A stretch of 64,000 nt of DNA from Azolla caroliniana (Eukaryota; Plantae; Polypodiophyta): assembly GCA_043228905.1 (NCBI GenBank), contig JBHGNT010000032.1, forward strand, positions 248,001 through 312,000, written 5' to 3'. Below are positions 30,001-41,479 of this stretch, one piece after another (position 1 is the stretch's first letter; every line of letters begins with the position of its first letter). The notes beneath the pieces are model-generated. The model did not search any database. It saw nothing but the letters and a program-made list of their open reading frames with translations, and was not told the origin of the DNA. Position numbers and translations under genes: made by a program.

Positions 30001-33000
30001 TCTCGACCTGAGTTTGAAATTCTTGATTTTTTAATTCCATATCATAGCTAGCGTTGTTGGCTTCGATTCGCATGTTTGAGCACAAAAATCCGATATCACA
30101 CGAGCCAGGTATGAACATTTTAATTTACTCAAGGGCTCCTCTCAACTCCCTCCTCAAGTTTGCTATTTTCGTCATGTCTCTCGACCTGAGTTTCAAAATC
30201 TTGATTTTTTAATTCCATATCATAGCTAGCGTTGTTAGCTTTGATTTGCATGTTTGAACATTTTAATTTACTCAAGGGCTCCTCTCAACTCCCTCCTCAA
30301 ATTTGCTATTTGCGTCATGTCTCTCGACCTGAGTTTGAAATTCTTGATTTTTTAATTCCATATCATAGCTAGCGTTGTTAGCTTCGATTTGCATGTTTGA
30401 ACACAAAAATCCGATATCACACGAGCCAGGTATGAACATTTTAATTTACTCAAGGGCTGTTCTCAACTCACTCCTCAAATTTGCTATTTTCGTCATGTCT
30501 CTCGACCTGAGTTTCAAAATCTTGATTTTTTAATTCCATATCATAGCTCGCGTTGTTGGCTTCGATTCGCATGTTTGAACACAAAAATCCGATATCACAC
30601 GAGCCAGGTATGAACATTTTAATTTACTCAAGGGCTGTTCTCAACTCACTCCTCAAATTTGCTATTTTCGTCATGTCTCTCGACCTGAGTTTCAAAATCT
30701 TGATTTTATAATTCCATATCATAGCTCGCGTTGTTGGCTTCAATTCGCATGTTTGAACACAAAAATCCGATATCACACGAGCCAGGTATGAACATTTTAA
30801 TTTACTCAAGGGCTCCTCTCAACTCCCTCCTCAAGTTTGCTATTTTCGTCATGTCTCTCGACCTGAGTTTGAAATTCTTGATTTTTTAATTCCATATCAT
30901 AGCTAGCGTTTCAAGCTTCGATTCGCATGTTTCAAAACAAAAATCCGATATCACACGAGCCAGGTATGAACATTTTAATTTACTCAAGGGCTGTTCTCAA
31001 CTCACTCCTCAAATTTGCTATTTTCGTCATGTCTCTCGACCTGAGTTTCAAAATCTTGATTTTTTAATTCCATATCATAGCTCGCGTTGTTGGCTTCGAT
31101 TCGCATGTTTGAACACAAAAATCCGATATCACACGAGCCAGGTATGAACATTTTAATTTACTTAAGGGCTGTTCTCAACTCACTCCTCAAATTTGGTAAT
31201 TTCGTCATGTCTCTCTACTTGAGTTTCAAAATCTTGATTTTTTAATTCCATATCATAGCTAGCGTTGTTAGCTTTGATTCGCATGTTTGAACACAAAAAT
31301 CCGATATCACACGAGCCAGGTATGAACATTTTAATTTACTCAAGGGCTGTTCTCAACTCACTCCTCAAATTTGGTAATTTCGTCATGTCTCTCGACCTGA
31401 GTTTCAAAATCTTGATTGTTTAATTCCATATCAGAGCTCGCGTTGTTGGCTTCGATTTGCATGTTTGAACACAAAAATCCGATATCACACGAGCCAGGTA
31501 TGAACATTTTAATTTACTCAAGGGCTGTTCTCAACTCCCTCCTCAAGTTTGCTATTTTCGTCATGTCTCTCGACCTGGGTTTCAAAATCTTGATTTTTTA
31601 ATTCCATATCATAGCTAGCGTTGTTGGCTTCGATTCGCATGTTTGAACACAAAAATCCGATATCACACGAGCCAGGTATGAACATTTTAATTTACTCAAG
31701 GGCTGTTCTCAACTCACTCCTCAAGTTTGCTATTTTCGTCATGTCTCTCGACCTGAGTTTCAAAATCTTAATTTTTTAATTCCATATCATAGCTCACGTT
31801 GTTGGCTTCGATTCGTATGTTTGAACACAAAAATCCGATATCACACGAGCCAGGTATGAACATTTTAATTTACTCAAGGACTCCTCTCAACCCCCTCCTG
31901 AAGTTTGCTATTTTCGTCATGTCTCTCGACCTGAGTTTGAAATTCTTGATTTTTTAATTCCATATCATAGCTAGCGTTGTTAGCTTCGATTTGCATGTTT
32001 GAACACAAAAATCCGATATCACACGACCCAGGTATGAACATTTTAATCTACTGAAGGGCTCCTCTCAACTCCCTCCTCAAGTTTGTTATTTTCGTCATGT
32101 CTCTCGACCTGAGTTTCAAAATCTTGATTTTTTAATTCCATATGATAGCTAGCGTTGTTGGCTTCGATTTGCATGTTTGAACACAAAAATCCGATATCAC
32201 ACGAGCCAGGTATGAACATTTTAATTTACTTAAGGGCTGTTCTCAACTCACTCCTCAAATTTACTCAAGGGCTCCTCTCAACTCCCTCCTCAAGTTTGCT
32301 ATTTTCGTCATGTCTCTCGACCTGAGTTTCAAAATCTTGATTTTTTAATTCCATATCATAGCTAGCGTTGTTGGCTTCGATTCGCATGTTTGAACACAAA
32401 AATCCGATATCACACGAGCCAGGTATGAACATTTTAATTTACTCAAGGGCTCCTCTCAAGTCCCTCCTCAAGTTTGCTATTTTCGTCATGTCTCTCGACC
32501 TGAGTTTGAAATTCTTGATTTTTTAATTCCATATCATAGCTAGCGTTGTTAGCTTCGATTTGCATGTTTGAACACAAAAATCCGATATCACACGACCCAG
32601 GTATGAACATTTTAATTTACTCAAGGGCTGTTCTCAACTCACTCCTCAAATTTGCTATTTTCGTCATGTCTCTCGACCTGAGTTTCAAAATCTTGATTTT
32701 TTAATTCCATATCATAGCTAGCGTTGTTGGCTTCGATTCGCATGTTTGAACACAAAAATCCGATATCACACGAGCCAGGTATGAACATTTTAATTTACTC
32801 AAGGGCTCCTCTCAACTCCCTCCTCAAGTTTGCTATTTTTGTCATGTCTCTCGACCTGAGTTTGAAATTCTTGATTTTTTAATTCCATATCATAGCTAGC
32901 GTTGTTGGCTTCGATTCGCATGTTTGAGCACAAAAATCCGATATCACACGAGCCAGGTATGAACATTTTAATTTACTCAAGGGCTCCTCTCAACTCCCTC

Positions 33001-36000
33001 CTCAAGTTTGCTATTTTCGTCATGTCTCTCGACCTGAGTTTGAAATTCTTGATTTTTTAATTCCATATCATAGCTAGCGTTGTTAGCTTCGATTTGCATG
33101 TTTGAACACAAAAATCCGATATCACACGAGCCAGGTATGAACATTTTAATTTACTCAAGGGCTGTTCTCAACTCACTCCTCAAATTTGCTATTTGCGTCA
33201 TGTCTCTCGACCTGAGTTTCAAAATCTTGATTTTTTAATTCCATATCATAGCTCGCGTTGTTGGCTTCGATTTGCATGTTTGAACACAAAAATCCGATAT
33301 CACACGACCCAGGTATGAACATTTTAATTTACTCAAGGGCTCCTCTCAACTCCCTCCTCAAGTTTGCTATTTTCGTCATGTCTCTCGACCTGAGTTTGAA
33401 ATTCTTGATTTTTTAATTCCATATCATAGCTAGCGTCGTTAGCTTCGATTTGCATGTTTGAACACAAAAATCCGATATCACACGACCCAGGTATGAACAT
33501 TTTAATCTACTCAAGGGCTCCTCTCAAGTCCCTCCTCAAGTTTGCTATTTTCGTCATGTCTCTCGACCTGAGTTCTAAAATCTTGATTTTTTAATTCCAT
33601 ATCATAGCTAGCGTTTCAAGCTTCGATTTGCATGTTTGAGCACAAAAATCCGATATCACACGAGCCAGGTATGAACATTTTAATTTACTTAAGGGCTGTT
33701 CTCAACTCACTCCTCAAATTTGGTAATTTCGTCATGTCTCTCTACTTGAGTTTCAAAATCTTGATTTTTTAATTCCATATCATAGCTAGCGTTGTTAGCT
33801 TTGATTCGCATGTTTGAACACAAAAATCCGATATCACACGAGCCAGGTATGAACATTTTAATTTACTCAAGGGCTGTTCTCAACTCACTCCTCAAATTTG
33901 GTAATTTCGTCATGTCTCTCGACCTGAGTATCAAAATCTTGATTGTTTAATTCCATATCAGAGCTCGCGTTGTTGGCTTCGATTTGCATGTTTGAACACA
34001 AAAATCCGATATCACACGACCCAGGTATGAACATTTTAATTTACTCAAGGGCTGTTCTCAACTCACTCCTCAAGTTTGCTATTTTCGTCATGTCTCTCGA
34101 CCTGAGTTTCAAAATCTTAATTTTTTAATTCCATATCATAGCTCACGTTGTTGGCTTCGATTCGTATGTTTGAACACAAAAATCCGATATCACACGAGCC
34201 AGGTATGAACATTTTAATTTACTCAAGGACTCCTCTCAACCCCCTCCTGAAGTTTGCTATTTTCGTCATGTCTCTCGACCTGAGTTTGAAATTCTTGATT
34301 TTTTAATTCCATATCATAGCTAGCGTTGTTAGCTTCGATTTGCATGTTTGAACACAAAAATCCGATATCACACGACCCAGGTATGAACATTTTAATCTAC
34401 TGAAGGGCTCCTCTCAACTCCCTCCTCAAGTTTGCTATTTTCGTCATGTCTCTCGACCTGAGTTTCAAAATCTTGATTTTTTAATTCCATATCATAGCTA
34501 GCGTTTCAAGCTTCGATTTGCATGTTTGAACACAAAAATCCGATATCACACGAGCCAGGTATGAACATTTTAATTTACTTAAGGGCTGTTCTCAACTCAC
34601 TCCTCAAATTTACTCAAGGGCTCCTCTCAACTCCCTCCTCAAGTTTGCTATTTTCGTCATGTCTCTCGACCTGAGTTTCAAAATCTTGATTTTTTAATTC
34701 CATATCATAGCTAGCGTTGTTGGCTTCGATTCGCATGTTTGAACACAAAAATCCGATATCACACGAGCCAGGTATGAACATTTTAATTTACTCAAGGGCT
34801 CCTCTCAAGTCCCTCCTCAAGTTTGCTATTTTCGTCATGTCTCTCGACCTGAGTTTGAAATTCTTGATTTTTTAATTCCATATCATAGCTAGCGTTGTTA
34901 GCTTCGATTTGCATGTTTGAACACAAAAATCCGATATCACACGACCCAGGTATGAACATTTTAATTTACTCAAGGGCTCCTCTCAACTCACTCCTCAAAT
35001 TTGCTATTTTCGTCATGTCTCTCGACCTGAGTTTGAAATTCTTGATTTTTTAATTCCATATCATAGCTAGCGTTGTTAGCTTCGATTTGCATGTTTGAAC
35101 ACAAAAATCCGATATCACACGACCCAGGTATGAACATTTTAATTTACTCAAGGGCTCCTCTCAACTCACTCCTCAAATTTGCTATTTTCGTCATGTCTCT
35201 CGACCTGAGTTTCAAAATCTTGATTTTTTAATTCCATATCATAGCTAGCGTTGTTGGCTTCGATTCGCATGTTTGAACACAAAAATCCGATATCACACGA
35301 GCCAGGTATGAACATTTTAATTTACTCAAGGGCTCCTCTCAACTCCCTCCTCAAGTTTGCTATTTTTGTCATGTCTCTCGACCTGAGTTTGAAATTCTTG
35401 ATTTTTTAATTCCATATCATAGCTAGCGTTGTTGGCTTCGATTCGCATGTTTGAGCACAAAAATCCGATATCACACGAGCCAGGTATGAACATTTTAATT
35501 TACTCAAGGGCTCCTCTCAACTCCCTCCTCAAGTTTGCTATTTTCGTCATGTCTCTCGACCTGAGTTTCAAAATCTTGATTTTTTAATTCCATATCATAG
35601 CTAGCGTTGTTGGCTTCGATTCGCATGTTTGAACACAAAAATCCGATATCACACGAGCCAGGTATGAACATTTTAATTTACTCAAGGGCTATTCTCAACT
35701 CACTCCTCAAATTTGGTAATTTCGTCATGTCTCTCGACCTGGGTTTCAAAATCTTGATTTTTTAATTCCATATCATAGCTAGCGTTGTTGGCTTCGATTC
35801 GCATGTTTGAACACAAAAATCCGATATCACACGAGCCAGGTATGAACATTTTAATTTACTCAAGGGCTGTTCTCAACTCCCTCCTCAAGTTTGCTATTTT
35901 CGTCATGTCTCTCGACCTGGGTTTCAAAATCTTGATTTTTTAATTCCATATCATAGCTAGCGTTGTTGGCTTCGATTCGCATGTTTGAACACAAAAATCC

Positions 36001-37223
36001 GATATCACACGAGCCAGGTATGAACATTTTAATTTACTCAAGGGCTCCTCTCAACTCCCTCCTCAAGTTTGCTATTTTCGTCATGTCTCTCGACCTGAGT
36101 TTGAAATTCTTGATTTTTTAATTCCACATCATAGCTAGCGTTGTTAGCTTCGATTCGCATGTTTGAACACAAAAATCCGATATCACACGAGCCAGGTATG
36201 AACATTTTAATCTACTCAAGGGCTCCTCTCAACTCCCTCCTCAAGTTTGCTATTTTCGTCATGTCTCTCGACCTGAGTTTCAAAATCTTGATTTTTTAAT
36301 TCCATATCATAGCTAGCGTTTCAAGCTTCGATTGGCATGTTTGAACACAAAAATCCGATATCACACGAGCCAGGTATGAACATTTTAATTTACTCAAGGG
36401 CTCCTCTCAACTCCCTCCTCAAGTTTGCTATTTTCGTCATGTCTCTCGACCTGAGTTTCAAAATCTTGATTTTTTAATTCCACATCATAGCTAGCGTTGT
36501 TGGCTTCGATTCGCATGTTTGAACACAAAAATCCGATATCACACGAGCCAGGTATGAACATTTTAATTTACTGAAGGGCTCCTCTCAACTCCCTCCTCAA
36601 GTTTGCTATTTTCGTCATGTCTCTCGACCTGAGTTTGAAATTCTTGATTTTTTAATTCCATAACATAGCTAGCGTTGTTAGCTTCGATTCGCATGTTTGA
36701 ACACAAAAATCCGATATCACACGAGCCAGGTATGAACATTTTAATTTACTCAAGGGCTGTTCTCAACTCACTCCTCAAATTTGCTATTTTCGTCATGTCT
36801 CTCGACCTGAGTTTCAAAATCTTGATTTTATAATTCCATATCATAGCTCGCGTTGTTGGCTTCAATTCGCATGTTTGAACACAAAAATCCGATATCACAC
36901 GAGCCAGGTATGAACATTTTAATTTACTCAAGGGCTCCTCTCAACTCCCTCCTCAAGTTTGCTATTTTCGTCATGTCTCTCGACCTGAGTTTGAAATTCT
37001 TGATTTTTTAATTCCATATCATAGCTAGCGTTGTTAGCTTCGATTTGCATGTTTGAACACAAAAATCCGATATCACACGACCCAGGTATGAACATTTTAA
37101 TTTACTCAAGGGCTGTTCTCAACTCACTCCTCAAATTTGCTATTTTCGTCATGTCTCTCGACCTGGGTTTCAAAATCTTGATTTTTTAATTCCATATCAA
37201 AGCTCGCGTTGTTGGCTTCGATT
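1..37223. repeat. 178-bp tandem satellite array, left arm (~209 monomers; centromere-type length)
   Basis: ATTTTAATTTACTCAAGGGC recurs at 1, 179, 357 and onward. Monomers differ at a few diagnostic sites (CTCCTCTC/CTGTTCTC, TTTCAAAATC/TTTGAAATTC, GTTGTTGG/GTTGTTAG/GTTTCAAG). A centromeric role is inferred only from monomer length and homogeneity. Confidence 0.98.
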
Positions 37224-37234
37224 TTCCATATTAA

Positions 37235-37745
37235 TAGACTATATAATGTCTTATACGAGGAGTGCGGGCACGATACTTCTTTGGCTGTGATTAGTGTTAT
37301 TTGGTTAACTATTTGAGGATTTAGGGTTTGGGTTTGAAGGTTTCGGGTATATGGGTTAACTGAGGTTTTTGGGTTAAATATCTTAAGGGTTTAGGGTTTT
37401 GTTCGGAGGGTTTAGGGCATATGGGTAAAATATCTGAGGGTTTAGGGTTTGGTAGACTATATGATGTATTGCACGAGGAAAGCGGGCACGATACTTATTT
37501 AGGCTACGACTAGTGTTATTAGGTTAACTATTCTTAGGGTTTATGGGTTTGTTCTGAGGGTTTAGGGTATATGGGTTAAAATATTCTGAGGGTTTAGGGT
37601 AGTGTGTGCAAAAGTAAAGGTATTAAGGATTGGTAGGTTTAGGGTTTTAGTGGTAAGGGGAGATATGTTTGGAGAGGTATGATGATGAGGGTATGGGTTG
37701 GCGAGGATATAATGTGTTAGGGTTATTAGTTTAGGGTTGCGGGTA
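37235..37745 (+). repeat. Two diverged ~218-bp subrepeats with interspersed degenerate plant-type telomeric repeats (TTTAGGG)
   Basis: TAGACTATAT...GCGGGCACGATACTT...GGTTAACTATT occurs at 37235 and 37453, each followed by several GGGTTTAGGG units. Duplicated at 43359-43869. Confidence 0.8.
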
Positions 37746-37901
37746 TTGGGTAGGTTAAAGATTAAGGGAAAGAGGGGGGAGTGCCACGTTTTACTTAGTG
37801 GGAATGAAATAGCATATATATTATTCAAAGCACAACTAACCACAACATAAAAACAATAGACACTTGAGAAGAAAATATATATTAATCAAATATATATTAA
37901 T

Positions 37902-37960
37902 ATGACCTATGTAGCAAACTAGTTTCGCTCATATATGGAGCTCATCAGTGCTTAGGTCAT
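37902..37960 (-). ncRNA. Minimal type I hammerhead ribozyme (copy A)
   Basis: Minus strand: AUGACCUA-AGCA-CUGAUGA-GCUC-cauauau-GAGC-GAAA-CUAG-UU^UGCU-aca-UAGGUCAU. It has a complete catalytic core, stem I of 4+8 bp, stem II of 4 bp and a palindromic stem III (AACUAGUU). Predicted cut between 37917 and 37916. Confidence 0.92.
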
Positions 37961-38304
37961 TTTCGAGTACAAAGGTAAGTTTATATAGGTTTGTGGTAAG
38001 GGGGGTGTAAGATAAGTGGTGGACAAGAGTGATAAATGTGAAAAGAAGTGAGGAGTATGGGAGGGAGTGGTGTAACACGGTGATAAGGGGGCAAGATATG
38101 ATTTTGTAAAGGGAGGGAGTGGGTATCATGAGTTTGATAGAGATAAGTGGGTAACTAGAGGGTATAATAATGGTGATAAGTGGGTGACCGGAGGGTATGA
38201 TAAGTGAGGGGAGGGGTGTGTATATGTGTGTGATGGTGGCTAGTACGAGGTAAAGATGTGGGTGAAAAACGAGGGGAATACGAATTTAATAGTTATGGGG
38301 AATG

Positions 38305-38680
38305 AGGAGAGAGAGAGAGAGAGATAGAGTGAGAAATTTAACTAATGAGAAGAGAGTGTGAAAAAAGGTGAGAAAAGAGAGAGGGAGAGAGAGAGAGAGA
38401 GAGAGAGAAAAGAAAAAAAAGAAAGAAAGAAAGAAGAGAGACGTAGAGAAAAGAAAAGGTAGAGAGGGAGAAAAAAGGAAAAGAAAAAAGAGGTGAGTTT
38501 TAGAGTGTAGAGAGGGAGAAAAGTAAAGGTAGAGAGAGAGGAAAAAGAAATGATTTAGAGAGGGAGAAAGGTAAAGGTAGAGAGAGAAAGAGAAGGGGAG
38601 GGAAGGAGGAGATAGAGATAGAGAAAGGGAAAGTTAAGAGAGAAGAAATGTGAAGGTAGAGAGGGAGAAGATAGGGGGAG
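38305..38680 (+). repeat. Polypurine (GA)n/GAAA low-complexity tract downstream of the RT stop
   Basis: Nearly pure A/G sequence with (GA)n runs and repeated AAAGGTAGAGAG. Duplicated at 44429-44804. Confidence 0.9.
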
Positions 38681-38746
38681 ATCCTCACGTGGTAAATATA
38701 GGGAGATAAAACTTGTGGTTTAAAAAAATAAAAATATGGAGAGGAG

Positions 38747-40723
38747 TTAGTGTGGATCTATAGTAATGTTTTTTGTGTTGACTAGTGAAGAGTGTAGATT
38801 TTTAGATTTAGTCCAACAAATTATTGGTTTGGGGATGTGTTGTAGTAGAGGGTCTTCTTGGAGGTTTAAGTGTAGGCTAGTAAGGGTTTCTTTTATTCCT
38901 AGATTAGGGGCTTGGTGTGTGAATTTTAGTTTAAAGATTATGGGTGTGGGGGTTTGGTTAATGGTTTTGTTTGAGAGGAGAGTTGGTCTAAGGGAATAGG
39001 GGTGTTTTTTGAATATATTGAGGATAAAGTGTGTAGGGTATCCTCGTGCTCGTAGTCTCTTAAAAAATAGTTGTTGCATTTTTAAATAACCTTGGGCTGT
39101 ACTTTCTCTAATAATGTATCTTTTAAGTTCGTTCGAGAGGAAGCTTTTTTTGACGTGGATAGGATGTGTCGAGGTGAAGGGTATGTATTGGTAAGTATTA
39201 AGTTCTTTTTGAAAACAATTAAAGTTGAAATTATTATTAGCGAGGTTTATCCAAAGGTCGAGAAAAGGAAGTTTAGTGAGAGAGGTTTGGATGGTCAGTT
39301 TAATGGAGTTTTGAGTGGTAATACTATAGAAATTTAGGTAGTCTAAGAGTTGTGTTTTCGTACCGGTCCATACACCAAAGGCATCGTCAATATATCTCGT
39401 GAAATAAAATAAATGGGGAGATGGGTTGGAATTCTCGAGGTATGACAAAAAAAGGCAAGCATATACTACGGAAAAATTGCTTCCCATGGCTGTGCCTTTA
39501 ATTTGTTGATAGATTTGGTTATTAAATTTAAGGAAGTGATATTCTAAGGTTAAGGCGCTGAGAGTATAGATGAGGTTGGCTTTTTGTTTTGAGAAATGGG
39601 GGGTAATTAGGTGTTTTAGGGCTAGTAGTCCTAGTTTTGGTGGAATACTCGGGTAGAGGGATTCTACGTCAAATGAAAAGATGAAGCTATTGGGTGGTGT
39701 CGTAAGGTTTTCTAGGGATTGTACTAAGGAGAATGAGTCTCTAAGGTATTGTTTTTGTTGTAGGAGTATGGGGAGGAGTTGGTGGTGTAGCCACTTAGAA
39801 GTTTGTTCAAATAACGAACCGTTGTAAGAACAAATAGGCCTATAGCCAATGGGTTCTTTGTGTACTTTGGGTAGGAAGTACATGGTGGGGACTCGGTATT
39901 CGTTGGATGGTTTGTGTAAGATGAATTTTATTTCTATGAGGGAGAGGGTTCCTAGGTGTTGATTCATTAAGGTTTTTAATCTATGTAGGAGTTCTTCTAA
40001 GGGGAAGGTATCTACGGGTTTGTAAGTGGATGTATCGGATAGGTGAGCTAGGGCTTTATCTAGGTATGTTTGTTTGTTTAAGACACAAACACCTACATTT
40101 TTGTCTGCGGGGAGGATGATAATGTGTTTATTGCTTTTAAGGCTTTTTAAGGCTTGTAGTAGGTGTAGTGGAATGTGTTTAGTGGGTAGGTTTGTATTAT
40201 GGAGTTTTATGGTGAGGAGATTAAGGTGTTTATGAAGTATGTCTTCTAACGGTGGGTATTGTGTAGGGGGGTTCCAAGAGGGGTTGGGTAGTTTAAAGGG
40301 GTTGTGTGGGGCGGAGGAGTCGTCTTGAAAGAAATGTCTAAGTCTAAGGGATCTACTAAGGTTATGGAATTCTTGAAGAATAGAAGTGGAGGTGGGGGGA
40401 GGGGAGGGAGGTATAAACTTAAGACCTAGGTTAAGAAGTTTAATTTCTGACTTGCTAAGGGTATGTGTAGAAAGGTTGTGGATTTTACTACTATGAGGGG
40501 GACTAAAGGGTGTTGTAAGGGGTTTCCAAAATTTATATCTAAGTTTCTTTTTACGTGTTTTTTTTGTATGTGGTCTAAAGGGGATTCTATGTGACATGTT
40601 ACCTAGCCAATTAGAGGAATCTAGGGGGGTAGAGTTACCATTAACAAAATACCACACACGTTTAGTTGGGTGTACGGCGTGTCTAAAACGTCGGTTTGAT
40701 CTTTTAGCACGCCGTACTAAACG
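38747..40723 (-). CDS. Penelope-like reverse transcriptase, no endonuclease domain (probably translated as an ORF1-RT fusion; first in-frame ATG at 40597)
   Basis: PLE motifs in order: LLNLGLKFIP, ILPADKNVG (DKG-like), YFLPKVHK..RPI, FSFDVESLYPSIP (A), YQQIKGTAMGSNFS (B'), RYIDDAF (C), LPFLDL (E), YIPFTSTHP, RARGYP (thumb). The ORF stops about 90 aa after GYP with no GIY-YIG. The frame is open upstream of the listed GTG (40657) as far as the slippery site at 40723. Confidence 0.93.
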   Translation of the reverse strand, partial: RLVRRAKRSNRRFRHAVHPTKRVWYFVNGNSTPLDSSNWLGNMSHRIPFRPHTKKTRKKKLRYKFWKPLTTPFSPPHSSKIHNLSTHTLSKSEIKLLNLGLKFIPPSPPPTSTSILQEFHNLSRSLRLRHFFQDDSSAPHNPFKLPNPSWNPPTQYPPLEDILHKHLNLLTIKLHNTNLPTKHIPLHLLQALKSLKSNKHIIILPADKNVGVCVLNKQTYLDKALAHLSDTSTYKPVDTFPLEELLHRLKTLMNQHLGTLSLIEIKFILHKPSNEYRVPTMYFLPKVHKEPIGYRPICSYNGSLFEQTSKWLHHQLLPILLQQKQYLRDSFSLVQSLENLTTPPNSFIFSFDVESLYPSIPPKLGLLALKHLITPHFSKQKANLIYTLSALTLEYHFLKFNNQIYQQIKGTAMGSNFSVVYACLFLSYLENSNPSPHLFYFTRYIDDAFGVWTGTKTQLLDYLNFYSITTQNSIKLTIQTSLTKLPFLDLWINLANNNFNFNCFQKELNTYQYIPFTSTHPIHVKKSFLSNELKRYIIRESTAQGYLKMQQLFFKRLRARGYPTHFILNIFKKHPYSLRPTLLSNKTINQTPTPIIFKLKFTHQAPNLGIKETLTSLHLNLQEDPLLQHIPKPIICWTKSKNLHSSLVNTKNITIDPH

Positions 40724-40729
40724 TTTTTT
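40658..40729 (-). promoter_or_regulatory. -1 programmed ribosomal frameshift signal (A_AAA_AAC slippery heptamer plus downstream stem-loop)
   Basis: Minus strand reads CCA AAA AAC GTT TAG, with the heptamer (40723-40729) in the ORF1 frame. After a 5-nt spacer comes the hairpin GTACGGCGTG-CTAAAA-13 nt-TTTTAG-A-CACGCCGTAC (40672-40717). The RT is in the -1 frame and open from the slip site. Confidence 0.85.
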
Positions 40730-41446
40730 GGCCGGTGGAGGTTGTGAGTGGTGGGAAGTGTGATGTGAGAAGAATACATAGGGGATTTAGGGTGACTAGT
40801 TGAGGGGTGGATACAACTTGTGGATGGTTTGGTAGAGGTGGTGTAGGGAGGATGTTGGGTATGGGTTGATTGGGTGTAGTGGTTAGGGATGTAGGGGTTA
40901 AGAGAGGTGTATGAGGGGTTGGGGAAGGCTAAGGGTATTTGGGAAAATAGGGGAGGGTTTATGTTGTGATTGTGGGTAGTTTCTTTAAACCAAGGGGGGC
41001 TTAGTGTGTGTGAATAGTTGTGAGAGGGGGGGGTAGGAAAGGTATTTCTAGAATTATTAGGAGGAGTATAAAAAGAAAACGAAAGAGAAGGAGAGTTAGG
41101 GGTAGGGTGAGCGTTAGGATTTACACAGTGGGTATGGGTAGGAGGGTAAGGATGAGTATTGTTTTGGGGTTGAAGGTCTTCGGGGGAGGGATACAAGGGG
41201 GGAGCGATGAAGCTGAATGGGGTGTGTTGGGGCTGGTGGTGAATCTGATGATAGGTATCCCGCGAATGGTGGAGTGGTGTGTCCTCCTCAAGTGGCGGCT
41301 GGAGCTGATAATTGGTGGTGGTTATGTTATTAATTGCCGTCTCGTATGTTGTCCGAGAGGGAGGTTGATGTTGGAGAGGGTGAGAAAACGGTGGGGGTCG
41401 AGGCGTCGGCAGAAGAGGCTGCTGTAATTTGCAGGGCTGGTCGCAT

Positions 41447-41479
<33 letters not shown>

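Larger units (their letters stand above)
37220..40596 (-). repeat. Long direct repeat copy A (RT ORF plus 1.5-kb non-coding pLTR-like region)
   Basis: Matches 43344-46741 at a constant offset of 6124 (for example RT stops 38747/44871 and hammerheads 37902/44026). I saw no substitutions by eye. Confidence 0.95.

Noticed and set aside
37873-37901. Duplicated AATATATATTAAT next to the hammerhead as a TATA-box promoter
   Set aside because: An AT-rich motif alone is too weak to call without transcription-start data.
37562-38688. Short minus-strand ORFs in the non-coding region as a possible detached endonuclease
   Set aside because: Low-complexity L/S/P/T-rich translations with no GIY-YIG or CCHH motifs, and one overlaps the hammerhead.
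40598-40620. Possible splice acceptor (CTAAT...CTAG) just upstream of the RT ATG
   Set aside because: No convincing donor was identified, and the open -1 frame with a slippery site and hairpin explains RT expression better. It cannot be excluded without RNA data.
38747-40657. Host telomerase (TERT) gene
   Set aside because: No recognisable TEN/TRBD domains or T motif, no introns, and the context is a tandem mobile element with PLE-specific motifs.
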